Below, piece after piece: positions 50,070 to 60,218 of a stretch of DNA of 64,000 nucleotides. The notes below the pieces were generated by a model. That model was not told the origin of the DNA and did no database searches. It was given only the letters and a program-made list of their open reading frames with translations. Both the position numbers and the translations under genes were made by a program. Every line of letters starts with the position of its first letter. The stretch's first letter is position 1. The stretch spans positions 1,349,442 to 1,413,441 of the forward strand of contig JACKPC010000001.1 of NCBI GenBank assembly GCA_024233835.1, given 5' to 3'. This DNA is from Leptospiraceae bacterium (GTDB lineage: Bacteria; Spirochaetota; Leptospiria; Leptospirales; Leptospiraceae).

Positions 50070-51875
50070 ATGAGTTCTATTATGATAAAGTTTCCCTACG
50101 GTATCATGGATTTTTCTGACATAATCACAGAAGGTTATTTCTATCAGGATAGGACGGCCTTTATAGAGAAATGCGAAAATACAGCCAAGACTCTCTTCTG
50201 TGTTCGGCCAAGGCGCATGGGAAAGACTCTCTGGCTCGATACCCTGGCCAGTTATTACGATATTCTCAAAAAAGACCGTTTTGAGGACTTGTTCGGAAAT
50301 CTTCACGTAGGGAAACATCCAACATCAAGGCGAAACTCTTATCTTATCCTGAGGCTCGATTTTTCGAAGATCCAACCGGGCAAAACAGTAGAAGAAATCG
50401 AGAGTAGTTTTAATGATTATATTTACAGAACAATTAAGAAGTTTTCAGAAGATTACAGAGATTTTATTGAATCAGATAAATTAGATCTATATAAAGATAG
50501 CTGTACAGGTTCTCTCGATAGTTTATGTAATTACGTCGAATCATCCGGCCACAAGTTATATGTTCTAATAGATGAGTATGATAATTTTACCAACGAACTC
50601 ATCAGCACCAACAGGTCGAAAGACTATTCGGACTTAGTTACAGGGGATGGCTTTCTAAAATCCTTCTTCAAAGTTCTGAAAGCCGGTAACATAGGTGCCA
50701 TTGATAGAACCTTTGTGACAGGAGTCACGCCCATCACTCTAACCGATCTTTCGAGTGCCTATAATATCGCTACCCACATCACTTTTAAAGAAGAGTTTAA
50801 TTCCTTATTGGGTTTTACGAAAGAGGAAGTAGAAGCCATGCTCGAAATGGTCTTAGAAGAAATTGGCCTGATAACCAAGAAAAAAGAAATCTTATCTCTT
50901 ATGAAATATTATTATGACGGTTATACTTTTAGCAGAAGAGCTAAAGAGCATATTTACAATCCCACCCTGACCATGTATTTTCTGAATAATTTATTGGAGG
51001 AAAAAGATATACCACAACAACTTCTGGACAGGAACCTTGATATGGACATCAATAAGTTGGAGCACATTACAAAGCTAAGCTCCGTGCATAACAAGGTATT
51101 TGCTCTTTTAGAAAACGAGGAAAAGGTAAGCATTTCACATATAGTAGAAGAATTTAAACTGAAAGAACTCCTTACTATGGACGAACAGGCTGATAACTTT
51201 CTCTGGTCGTATTTGTTTTATCATGGCATCTTAACCTTTGGTGGAATAGATAGAACAAGGGTCCAATTAAAAATACCGAATACAGTCTCCAGACATTTCT
51301 ATTATGATAGAATTCGTTATAGTATCCTTCCGAAGAAACTAGATATATCTGAAATGCAGGAGAAGTTTTTTCTGGATTTAAATCTTTCTGAATTACAATC
51401 CTTTTTAGAAAAAACGGTACTGCCTTATTTATCTAACCGTGACTACATTCAGGCCAATGAACTGTCTATGAAAATAATGTTTCTCTCTCTCATGATGCGG
51501 GATGACCTGTATATCATAGACAGTGAAAAAGAAATCTTACGTGGTTATTGTGACCTTTTCTACCTCGGTCGCGGAGATACTCGAAAGAAATATGGTTTAA
51601 AAGATATATTAATCGAGTTCAAATTTATTAAACTCTCAGAATTGGAAGTCACACAGAAAGAAATAAAAGAACTTTCTTATGAAGAACTGGAAAACCTTCC
51701 TCTAATTCAGGCAAAACTGAAAGAAGCCAAAGAACAGCTATCCATCTACAAAGAACGTTTGGAGAAGAGATTTCTTAACCATAATCCCTTTTTCAAAGAT
51801 ATGAGTGATTTTAAAATTCACCCCTTAAGTATTGTGTTCATTGGTTTTGACAGGGTAGTAGTAAAACCCGCTTGA
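50070..51875 (+). CDS. AAA-ATPase-like / PD-(D/E)XK protein, paralog copy 4.
   Basis: Module variants A, Y and Q. Confidence 0.8.
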   Translation: MSSIMIKFPYGIMDFSDIITEGYFYQDRTAFIEKCENTAKTLFCVRPRRMGKTLWLDTLASYYDILKKDRFEDLFGNLHVGKHPTSRRNSYLILRLDFSKIQPGKTVEEIESSFNDYIYRTIKKFSEDYRDFIESDKLDLYKDSCTGSLDSLCNYVESSGHKLYVLIDEYDNFTNELISTNRSKDYSDLVTGDGFLKSFFKVLKAGNIGAIDRTFVTGVTPITLTDLSSAYNIATHITFKEEFNSLLGFTKEEVEAMLEMVLEEIGLITKKKEILSLMKYYYDGYTFSRRAKEHIYNPTLTMYFLNNLLEEKDIPQQLLDRNLDMDINKLEHITKLSSVHNKVFALLENEEKVSISHIVEEFKLKELLTMDEQADNFLWSYLFYHGILTFGGIDRTRVQLKIPNTVSRHFYYDRIRYSILPKKLDISEMQEKFFLDLNLSELQSFLEKTVLPYLSNRDYIQANELSMKIMFLSLMMRDDLYIIDSEKEILRGYCDLFYLGRGDTRKKYGLKDILIEFKFIKLSELEVTQKEIKELSYEELENLPLIQAKLKEAKEQLSIYKERLEKRFLNHNPFFKDMSDFKIHPLSIVFIGFDRVVVKPA

Positions 51876-51897
51876 CTTACTGAATATAAACCTTGAA

Positions 51898-53697
51898 ATG
51901 AGTTCTATTATGATAAAGTTTCCCTACGGTATCATGGATTTTTCTGACATAATCACAGAAGGTTATTTCTATCAGGATAGGACGGCCTTTATAGAGAAAT
52001 GCGAAAATACAGCCAAGACTCTCTTCTGTGTTCGGCCAAGGCGCATGGGAAAGACTCTCTGGCTCGATACCCTGGCCAGTTATTACGATATTCTCAAAAA
52101 AGACCGTTTTGAGGACTTGTTCGGAAATCTTCACGTAGGGAAACATCCAACATCAAGGCGAAACTCTTATCTTATCCTGAGGCTCGATTTTTCGAAGATC
52201 CAACCGGGCAAAACAGTAGAAGAAATCGAGAGTAGTTTTAATGATTATATTTACAGAACAATTAAGAAGTTTTCAGAAGATTACAGAGATTTTATTGAAT
52301 CAGATAAATTAGATCTATATAAAGATAGCTGTACAGGTTCTCTCGATAGTTTATGTAATTACGTCGAATCATCCGGCCACAAGTTATATGTTCTAATAGA
52401 TGAGTATGATAATTTTACCAACGAACTCATCAGCACCAACAGGTCGAAAGACTATTCGGACTTAGTTACAGGGGATGGCTTTCTAAAATCCTTCTTCAAA
52501 GTTCTGAAAGCCGGTAACATAGGTGCCATTGATAGAACCTTTGTGACAGGAGTCACGCCCATCACTCTAACCGATCTTTCGAGTGCCTATAATATCGCTA
52601 CCCACATCACTTTTAAAGAAGAGTTTAATTCCTTATTGGGTTTTACGAAAGAGGAAGTAGAAGCCATGCTCGAAATGGTCTTAGAAGAAATTGGCCTGAT
52701 AACCAAGAAAAAAGAAATCTTATCTCTTATGAAATATTATTATGACGGTTATACTTTTAGCAGAAGAGCTAAAGAGCATATTTACAATCCCACCCTGACC
52801 ATGTATTTTCTGAATAATTTATTGGAGGAAAAAGATATACCACAACAACTTCTGGACAGGAACCTTGATATGGACATCAATAAGTTGGAGCACATTACAA
52901 AGCTAAGTTCTGTTCACGACAAAGTATTTGCTCTTTTAGAAAACGAGGAAAAGGTAAGCATTTCACATATAGTAGAAGAATTTAAACTGAAAGAACTCCT
53001 TACTATGGATGAACAGGCTGATAACTTTCTCTGGTCGTATTTGTTTTATCATGGCATCTTAACTTTTGGTGGAGTAGATGCTTTTAATATTCTTCTGAAA
53101 ATTCCCAATATTGTTTCTCGCCGTTTTTATTATGATAGAATTCGTGCCGCCTGTTTTCCTTCAAAGCTGGATGCCAACCAGATTCACAAATCTTTCTTCA
53201 TAGATCTAAACCTTTCTGAATTACAATTCTTTTTAGAAAAAACGGTATTGCCTTATTTATCCAACCGTGACTATATCCAGGCCAATGAACTTTCTATGAA
53301 AATAATGTTTCTCTCTCTCATGATGCGGGAAGACCTGTATATTATAGACAGCGAAAAGGAGATCTTACGTGGTTATTGTGACCTTTTCTACCTCGGTCGC
53401 GGAGACACTCGGAAGAAATATGGTTTGAAAGATATATTAATCGAGTTCAAATTTATTAAACTCTCAGAATTGGAAGTCACACAGAAAGAAATAAAAGATC
53501 TTTCTTATGAAGAACTGGAAAACCTTCCTCTAATTCAGGCAAAACTGAAAGAAGCCAAAGAACAACTATCCATCTACAAAGAACGTTTGGAGAAGAGATT
53601 TCTTAACCATAATCCCTTTTTCAAAGATATGAGTGATTTTAAAATTCACCCCTTAAGTATTGTGTTTATTGGTTTTGACAGGGTAGTGGTGAAATAA
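51898..53697 (+). CDS. AAA-ATPase-like / PD-(D/E)XK protein, paralog copy 5.
   Basis: Module variants A, Y and P. Confidence 0.8.
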   Translation: MSSIMIKFPYGIMDFSDIITEGYFYQDRTAFIEKCENTAKTLFCVRPRRMGKTLWLDTLASYYDILKKDRFEDLFGNLHVGKHPTSRRNSYLILRLDFSKIQPGKTVEEIESSFNDYIYRTIKKFSEDYRDFIESDKLDLYKDSCTGSLDSLCNYVESSGHKLYVLIDEYDNFTNELISTNRSKDYSDLVTGDGFLKSFFKVLKAGNIGAIDRTFVTGVTPITLTDLSSAYNIATHITFKEEFNSLLGFTKEEVEAMLEMVLEEIGLITKKKEILSLMKYYYDGYTFSRRAKEHIYNPTLTMYFLNNLLEEKDIPQQLLDRNLDMDINKLEHITKLSSVHDKVFALLENEEKVSISHIVEEFKLKELLTMDEQADNFLWSYLFYHGILTFGGVDAFNILLKIPNIVSRRFYYDRIRAACFPSKLDANQIHKSFFIDLNLSELQFFLEKTVLPYLSNRDYIQANELSMKIMFLSLMMREDLYIIDSEKEILRGYCDLFYLGRGDTRKKYGLKDILIEFKFIKLSELEVTQKEIKDLSYEELENLPLIQAKLKEAKEQLSIYKERLEKRFLNHNPFFKDMSDFKIHPLSIVFIGFDRVVVK

Positions 53698-53803
53698 AGG
53701 GAAGAGTTCGGAGAAGTGCTTATCAACTCTTGAAACCTGAAACCATCTTTTCTTTTTTTCAACACTTCCAAATCTACTTGACTCATAAAATCCAAAGGTT
53801 GAA

Positions 53804-55603
53804 ATGAGTTCTATTATGATAAAGTTTCCCTACGGTATCATGGACTTTGATAAAATTATCACAGGTGGCTATTTCTATCAGGATAGGACGGCCTTTATAG
53901 AGAAATGCGAAAACTCGAACAGCACCCTTTTCTGTGTTCGACCAAGGCGTATGGGAAAAACTCTCTGGCTCGATACCCTGGCCAGTTATTACGATATTCT
54001 AAAGAAAAACCGTTTTGAGGACTTGTTCGGAAATCTTCACGTAGGGAAACATCCAACATCAAGGCGAAACTCTTATCTTATCCTGAGGCTCGATTTTTCG
54101 AAGATTCAACCGGGCAAAACAGTAGAAGAGATTGAGAGTAGTTTTAATGATTATATAACAAATATTATTCGTGAGTTTTTGATAACTTATAAAGATTTCC
54201 TGATTGATTATTCAATTGATTTCAGTTCCAAAAAAGCAAATCATTCCCTGGATCAACTTTTAAGTTCTGTAAAACTATCCGGTCACAAGTTATATGTTCT
54301 AATAGATGAGTATGATAATTTTACCAACGAACTCATCAGCACCAATAGGTCGAAAGACTATTCGGATCTGGTTACAGGGGATGGCTTTCTGAAATCCTTC
54401 TTCAAAGTTCTGAAAGCCGGAAACATAGGTGCTATTGATAGAACCTTTGTGACAGGAGTTACACCCATCACTCTAACTGATCTTTCCAGTGCCTATAATA
54501 TTGCTACCCACATCACTTTTAAAGAAGAGTTTAATTCCTTGATGGGTTTTACGGAAGAGGAAGTAGAAGCCATGCTCGAAAGGGTCTTAGAAGAAATTGA
54601 TCTGATGCCTAAAAAAGAAGAAATTCTTTCTCAGATGAGATACTATTATGATGGCTATATTTTTCATGAGGAAAGCGAAGAGCATATTTATAACCCGACC
54701 CTGACCTTGTTTTATCTTCAGGCCCTATTAAAAGAACGTAAAATTCCTAAAAAGTTTTTTGATAAGAACCTCGATATGGACATCAATAAGTTGGAGCACA
54801 TTACAAAGCTAAGCTCCGTGCATAACAAGGTATTTGCTCTTTTAGAAAATGAAGAAAAGGTAAGCATTTCACATATAGTCGAAGAATTTAAACTGAAAGA
54901 ACTCCTTACTATGGACGAACAGGCGGATAACTTTCTCTGGTCGTATTTGTTTTATCATGGCATCTTAACCTTTGCTGGAGTAGATGCTTTTAATATTATT
55001 CTGAAAATTCCTAATATTGTTTCTCGTCGTTTTTATTATGATAGAATTCGTGCAGCCTGTTTTCCTCCGAAGCTGGATGCCAATCAGATTCACAAATCTT
55101 TCTTCATAGATCTAAACCTGTCTGAATTACAAACCTTTTTAGAGAAAACGGTATTACCTTACCTATCCAACCGTGACTATATCCAGGCCAATGAACTTTC
55201 TATGAAAATAATGTTTCTCTCCCTGATGATGCGGGAAGAGCTGTATATCATAGACAGCGAAAAGGAAATCTTACGTGGCTATTGCGACCTTTTCTACCTC
55301 GGTCGCGGAGATACTCGAAAGAAATATGGTTTAAAAGATATATTAATCGAGTTCAAGTTTATTAAACTCTCAGAATTGGAACTTACACAGAAAGAAATAA
55401 AAGAACTTTCTTATGAAGAGCTGGAAAACCTTCCTCTAATTCAGGCAAAACTGAAAGAAGCTAATGAACAACTGTCCATCTACAAAGAACGTTTGGAGAA
55501 GAGATTTCTTAACCATAATCCCTTTTTTAAAGATATGAGTGATTTTGAAATACACCCCTTAAGTATTGTGTTCATTGGTTTTGACAGGGTTGTGGTAAAA
55601 TAG
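53804..55603 (+). CDS. AAA-ATPase-like / PD-(D/E)XK protein, paralog copy 6.
   Basis: Module variants B, X and P. Its N-terminus (DFDKIIT, ENSNSTLF) is like copy 1. Confidence 0.8.
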   Translation: MSSIMIKFPYGIMDFDKIITGGYFYQDRTAFIEKCENSNSTLFCVRPRRMGKTLWLDTLASYYDILKKNRFEDLFGNLHVGKHPTSRRNSYLILRLDFSKIQPGKTVEEIESSFNDYITNIIREFLITYKDFLIDYSIDFSSKKANHSLDQLLSSVKLSGHKLYVLIDEYDNFTNELISTNRSKDYSDLVTGDGFLKSFFKVLKAGNIGAIDRTFVTGVTPITLTDLSSAYNIATHITFKEEFNSLMGFTEEEVEAMLERVLEEIDLMPKKEEILSQMRYYYDGYIFHEESEEHIYNPTLTLFYLQALLKERKIPKKFFDKNLDMDINKLEHITKLSSVHNKVFALLENEEKVSISHIVEEFKLKELLTMDEQADNFLWSYLFYHGILTFAGVDAFNIILKIPNIVSRRFYYDRIRAACFPPKLDANQIHKSFFIDLNLSELQTFLEKTVLPYLSNRDYIQANELSMKIMFLSLMMREELYIIDSEKEILRGYCDLFYLGRGDTRKKYGLKDILIEFKFIKLSELELTQKEIKELSYEELENLPLIQAKLKEANEQLSIYKERLEKRFLNHNPFFKDMSDFEIHPLSIVFIGFDRVVVK

Positions 55604-55768
55604 AAGGGAAGGGTGTTTTTCCATAATTCGTTTTCTGTACCTATCGAGAAAGTAGAAAAAGTAAGAAAGATGAAATTTGAGAAATTAACTTAGCATTAAA
55701 AATCTATATCTCTTATAGTTTCGGATAATTTACAAGCGATATTCGGTTATACTTGAATTTAAGCTGAA

Positions 55769-56395
55769 TCAGTAGACCCGGTTGAGCATGGGGACAAAAC
55801 GAACATCTCCGAAATACTCTTTTTGTAAGCCTTCCTTTTTTTTTGTGATTCGTAGTAGTTTCTGTTTCTTTTCTCCTACGGGTAGAACCATAATTCCATT
55901 TTCTTTGAGTTGTTGAATCAGTCTTTCGGGTGTTTCCGGCGGGCAGGCAGATAAAATAATCCTATCGAAAGGAGCTTTCTCTTCTAAGCCTAAAAAACCA
56001 TTTCCGTATATTACCGAAACATTATCATATTTCAATTGTTGTAAAAGATGAGAGCTGGATTCAGCCAGGGCTGCAATGTTTTCGATGCTGTAAACCTGTT
56101 TATAAAGATTCGCTAATACGGCTGCTTCATAGCCGGAACCACAACCAATTTCTAATATATTCAAAGATTTAGAAGCTTCTGAAAGTTCGGCCATATAGGC
56201 AACGATAAAGGGTTGAGAAATGGTCTGGCCATAACCTATAGAAAGTGGATAGTCTCCATAAGCTTTGGAAAGTAGATCTTCCGGAATGAAAAGGTGGCGT
56301 TCAACCTGCATCATGGCCTTAAGCACAGATTCATTTACAACTCCATATTGTTTAATCGTTTCCAACATTTCTTTTCGTCTGCTTATAAAATTCAT
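55769..56395 (-). CDS. pcm: Protein-L-isoaspartate O-methyltransferase.
   Basis: GQTISQPFIVAYM and LEIGCGSGY motifs. 208 aa. Confidence 0.9.
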   Translation of the reverse strand: MNFISRRKEMLETIKQYGVVNESVLKAMMQVERHLFIPEDLLSKAYGDYPLSIGYGQTISQPFIVAYMAELSEASKSLNILEIGCGSGYEAAVLANLYKQVYSIENIAALAESSSHLLQQLKYDNVSVIYGNGFLGLEEKAPFDRIILSACPPETPERLIQQLKENGIMVLPVGEKKQKLLRITKKKEGLQKEYFGDVRFVPMLNRVY

Positions 56396-56399
56396 ATAC

Positions 56400-56792
56400 T
56401 TACCTTATATCTTCGTACCGCTTTAATTCGTATCTTAAGGCTTTTCCGGACACAAGGGTTTCCCAGAAGCTGATACTTAAGGAAATGAGCATAAGAAATA
56501 AGGAAACTCCGAATACAGATCTTCCCGCTAATTCTTTATTCAGAAAGAGTAATATCATGGAAATTACACAGAAAGTAAAGGCGGCGATTCCGAAGGCTTG
56601 CATGAATTTAATGAGCTGAATCCTGAGACGAAGATTGGCGATTTGTTTTTGAATATAAGTATCTTTTTCCGGAATTTTACCGGCAAGCCCTCTTATTAGG
56701 GAAGCGAGGGCTAAAAAACGGTTGGTGTAGGCGAGAAGTAATAAGGAGATCGCCGGGAAGAGAAGTGCGGGAGTTGTAATATTGATTTGCAT
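56400..56792 (-). CDS. Small integral membrane protein (possibly DUF2721-like).
   Basis: 130 aa with three hydrophobic helices (LLLLAYTNRF...). The family call is tentative. Confidence 0.45.
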   Translation of the reverse strand: MQINITTPALLFPAISLLLLAYTNRFLALASLIRGLAGKIPEKDTYIQKQIANLRLRIQLIKFMQAFGIAAFTFCVISMILLFLNKELAGRSVFGVSLFLMLISLSISFWETLVSGKALRYELKRYEDIR

Positions 56793-56907
56793 ACTCCGAA
56801 ATTATTAAGACTTTGTTTTCTCTGCAAGCAGGAATTTCAAAACTGAAATTTCTTTTTTTCTTTACAGGAAGAGTAAAAAGAGGGATATAAATGAAAAAGG
56901 TAGATTT

Positions 56908-59700
56908 ATGTCGCAGGAACTTCCTAAAATTTTATATCTCGATGATGAAATTGAGAACCTCAGTAGTTTTAAAGCCCTCTTCCGTCCGTACTATGAAATT
57001 TATACCTGTGATGAGGTGGAAGAAGCCAGGGCAATTTTAAAGGAAGAGGAAATCCATATTGTAGTTGCTGACCAGAAAATGCCCGATATCAGCGGAGTAG
57101 AATTTTTAGAAGAAGTTGCAAGGCAGTATCCCTTGTTACCCAGAATTTTATTAACCGGCTACAGCGATGTGGATGCCATTATCCAATCTATCAATCGGGG
57201 AGAAGTCTATCGATATATTACCAAACCCTATATTGCGAATGATTTTAAACTTACGCTGGATTCTGCCTTTGAACTCTATTCTTTGAAAAAGAAAAATCAA
57301 CTTTTATTAATAGAGCTGGAAGAAAAAAATCGTACCCTAGAAATGAAGCTGGAAATGCAAAAGCGAACAGAAGCTGAATTGCGCTTGAGTCAGGCCAGGC
57401 TTATGATAACTATTGAATCAACGGGGCAGGGGATCTGGGATTGGAATCGGAAATATAATCGAGTTAATTTAAGTGAAAACTGGTTGAAGTTTTTGGAGTA
57501 TTCCGAGATGGAAATTCAACCTTTGCATAATCAATGGAAGAAGTTTGTTGATTCGGAAGATATAAAAAAACTAAAAAAAGAATTCTTTGTACATTTTCGG
57601 AATAAGACCTCTCGTTTCGAGGTTGAATTTCGACTGAGAAAAAAAGGCGGGGACTTAATCTGGGTATATGCTGCCGGAAAAGTAATCGAGGAACATAGAG
57701 GAAAGCCTTTACATATTGTGGGCCATTTTATGGATATTACCCAGAAGAAAGAAGCAGAATCCAAGCTTTTAGCTTTAAATGAAGTTCTGGAAGCTAGGGT
57801 GATGGAGAGAACGAGGGCTCTTGCTATAAAACAGGAAGAACTAAGGACAGTTAATAACAAATTGCTCTTGCATATAGAAAATACACCTCTGGCTTATATC
57901 GAAATTGATGAATACGGTCTTGTGAAGGCCTGGAATCCTTCTGCTGAGAGAATATTTGGATATAAAAAGGAGGAAGTGCTCGGGAAGGATATTTTTTACT
58001 TTTTTAAACAGGTTCCGGAGCTTAGGAATTATCCTCAGGATGATTTATTAATTTATAATGATAAGGATTCTATAAATACAACCAGTGTATCGCTACGAAA
58101 AGATGGTAAAAAGATTATCTGTGATTGGTATTCTACTACTTTATTCAATGATAAAAAAAATATTATTGGTGTTGCAAGTCTTGTGCATGATGTAACCGAG
58201 AGATTGCTGGCCGAAAAGGAAACGGTTGAAACGAATCTCGCCCTGAAGAAAGCAAAAGAAGAAGCCGAGAAAGCGAATAAAGCCAAGAGTGAATTTTTAG
58301 CCAACATGAGCCATGAAATACGTACTCCTCTAAATGCAATTATTGGATTTACAGATTTATTGGAAGATTTAGTAAAAGAAACCACACAAAAACACTATCT
58401 GAATTCTATTAAAACAAGTGGCAAGGCCCTTTTGGCTCTCATTAACGATATATTAGATTTATCAAAAATTGAAGCCGGTAAATTAGTATTATCTTATGAA
58501 ATGGTAAACCCTTATTCTATTTTTGAAGAAATTAAAAATATCTTCTTTCATGCAATTACCCGAAAAAAAATAGATTTCCTCTTATCTATTGAACCGGAAA
58601 TGCCGGGTCTTATGCTGGATGAAATTCGCTTGAGGCAGGTCTTGATTAATCTTGTAGGGAATGCTGTCAAGTTTACCAGTGAAGGTTTTATAAAGTTAGA
58701 AGTAAAGTATAAGCCTATTTATGATATGGAAGGTTATATAGAGTTGTTTATATCCATACAGGATACGGGAATCGGGATTTCTTTTGAGGAGCAAAAGCTG
58801 ATTTTTGATGAGTTTCGGCAGAGTCAAAAAACCTTGAATCAACATGGTGGAACGGGTCTGGGTTTAACAATTAGTAATCGCCTGGTAAAGACTATGGGGG
58901 GAGAAATCATACTCAGCAGCAAAGAGAATGAAGGAAGTATTTTCACCATTCATCTTCCGAGGGTTCGTATCGGAGAGGTCTGGCAAAAAGAAGAGGAGAA
59001 ATCGAATGAATTTATAAACTACAAGTTTAAGGGATCTAAAATATTACTGGTTGATGATATAGAAAGTAACCGGAATTTGATTATAGGATATTTAAAACCT
59101 GAAAACTTAAAATTATACCAGGCAAAAAACGGAATAGAAGCCATTCAACAGTTTCATAAACATAATCCGGATTTAATCCTTATGGATATTCGTATGCCCT
59201 TAATGGATGGGAATGAGGCAGCAAGGAAAATTCGTATGCACAGTAAGGATGTCTGTCTTATTGCCCTTACAGCTTCGATTTTAAACGAAGAGGAAAATGA
59301 GCTATTTAATAAATATTTACGAAAACCGATTCGGAGGACGGAACTTTTATCGGAGTTATTTAGCTTCTTGCCGCATCATATTGAAGAGGAAACGAAGGCG
59401 GAAACTCTTGAGAATCCGGATGAAAGAGATAATAAAGAAACCTGGAGAGAGTTACTTTTAATTTTAGAAAAGATTTTTGAAACTGAATTTTCGGGACTTA
59501 AGGAGAGAATGATTTTTGATGAGCTTATTAAGTTTGCCGATAAGATTCAATACTTTTCTGAAATTCATCACTGGCAGAGATTGAAGATATATGCAGAAAG
59601 AGTAAAATTTGAAGCCGAGCTTTTTGATATAAAAGCTTTAGAGAAATCTCTCGAATCTTTTTACGAGTATATTGAATACTTGAAAAAACAGTTGCTCTGA
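56908..59700 (+). CDS. Hybrid sensor histidine kinase / response regulator (REC, PAS, HisKA, HATPase, REC).
   Basis: N-terminal REC (ILYLDDE...VVADQKMPDISG...ITKP), PAS-like repeats, H-box (LANMSHEIRTPLNAI), G-boxes (GGTGLGLTIS) and a C-terminal REC (ILLVDDIESNRN...ILMDIRMP). Confidence 0.85.
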   Translation: MSQELPKILYLDDEIENLSSFKALFRPYYEIYTCDEVEEARAILKEEEIHIVVADQKMPDISGVEFLEEVARQYPLLPRILLTGYSDVDAIIQSINRGEVYRYITKPYIANDFKLTLDSAFELYSLKKKNQLLLIELEEKNRTLEMKLEMQKRTEAELRLSQARLMITIESTGQGIWDWNRKYNRVNLSENWLKFLEYSEMEIQPLHNQWKKFVDSEDIKKLKKEFFVHFRNKTSRFEVEFRLRKKGGDLIWVYAAGKVIEEHRGKPLHIVGHFMDITQKKEAESKLLALNEVLEARVMERTRALAIKQEELRTVNNKLLLHIENTPLAYIEIDEYGLVKAWNPSAERIFGYKKEEVLGKDIFYFFKQVPELRNYPQDDLLIYNDKDSINTTSVSLRKDGKKIICDWYSTTLFNDKKNIIGVASLVHDVTERLLAEKETVETNLALKKAKEEAEKANKAKSEFLANMSHEIRTPLNAIIGFTDLLEDLVKETTQKHYLNSIKTSGKALLALINDILDLSKIEAGKLVLSYEMVNPYSIFEEIKNIFFHAITRKKIDFLLSIEPEMPGLMLDEIRLRQVLINLVGNAVKFTSEGFIKLEVKYKPIYDMEGYIELFISIQDTGIGISFEEQKLIFDEFRQSQKTLNQHGGTGLGLTISNRLVKTMGGEIILSSKENEGSIFTIHLPRVRIGEVWQKEEEKSNEFINYKFKGSKILLVDDIESNRNLIIGYLKPENLKLYQAKNGIEAIQQFHKHNPDLILMDIRMPLMDGNEAARKIRMHSKDVCLIALTASILNEEENELFNKYLRKPIRRTELLSELFSFLPHHIEEETKAETLENPDERDNKETWRELLLILEKIFETEFSGLKERMIFDELIKFADKIQYFSEIHHWQRLKIYAERVKFEAELFDIKALEKSLESFYEYIEYLKKQLL

Positions 59701-59840
59701 ATGGAAGCCTGTCGTGTCAGAACCGGGTGTAGTGAAAAATCTCGGTTCTTGAAGATGATAAATCGCAGTTTCTAAGAATATTAATTGACACGAAAAAAAG
59801 AAACAGAAATCCTCCTATTAGTCAGTTTCAGGGGGAATTA

Positions 59841-60218
59841 ATGGGATTAGCTCCGGAAGGCCTTGGTCCGCTTCTCGTTCAGCTTATTTTTGGTATAGGA
59901 TTTTCTGTTGTAATTTTAGGTTTAGCCCTTCTTATCAGCCCAAAAAAACGTAGTAAGCCGCATGATACCTTTGAGTGTGGTGTTACCTACTACGGGGATG
60001 CGAGAGGACTTTTTAATATAAAATTCTATCTGGTTGCCGTTCTTTTCATTCTATTTGACATTGAAGCTGTATTTCTTTATCCCTGGGCTGTCAATTTACG
60101 GAAATTTAAAGAGGCGGGACTCGGCAACTTTGTCATGCTCGAAATGTTTCTATTCATCTTTATACTTGTCGTAGGCTTATATTATATTTGGAAGAAAGGA
60201 GCTCTGGAATGGGATTAG
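59841..60218 (+). CDS. nuoA: NADH-quinone oxidoreductase subunit A.
   Basis: Three transmembrane helices and the [13 protein letters not shown] motif. Confidence 0.9.
   Translation: MGLAPEGLGPLLVQLIFGIGFSVVILGLALLISPKKRSKPHDTFECGVTYYGDARGLFNIKFYLVAVLFILFDIEAVFLYPWAVNLRKFKEAGLGNFVMLEMFLFIFILVVGLYYIWKKGALEWD

Larger units (their letters stand above)
46376..55610 (+). repeat. Head-to-tail tandem array of five ~1.83-kb gene units.
   Basis: Units 2-3, 3-4 and 4-5 are separated by an identical 22-bp spacer (cttgacttactgaatataaaccttgaa). A conserved leader (cacttccaaatctacttgactcataaaa(t/a)cca(g/a)aggttgaaATG) precedes copies 1, 2 and 6. Confidence 0.9.

Noticed and set aside
46376-55610. Considered whether the regularly spaced 1.8-kb repeats or the short SSRs could be a CRISPR array.
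   Set aside because: The units are protein-coding genes, and the SSRs are in-frame codon repeats. There is no short repeat-spacer architecture and there are no cas genes.
59701-59840. TTGACA hexamer and a 6-bp inverted repeat upstream of nuoA as promoter or terminator.
   Set aside because: The -10 spacing is poor and the hairpin lacks a T-tract. That is insufficient support for a call.
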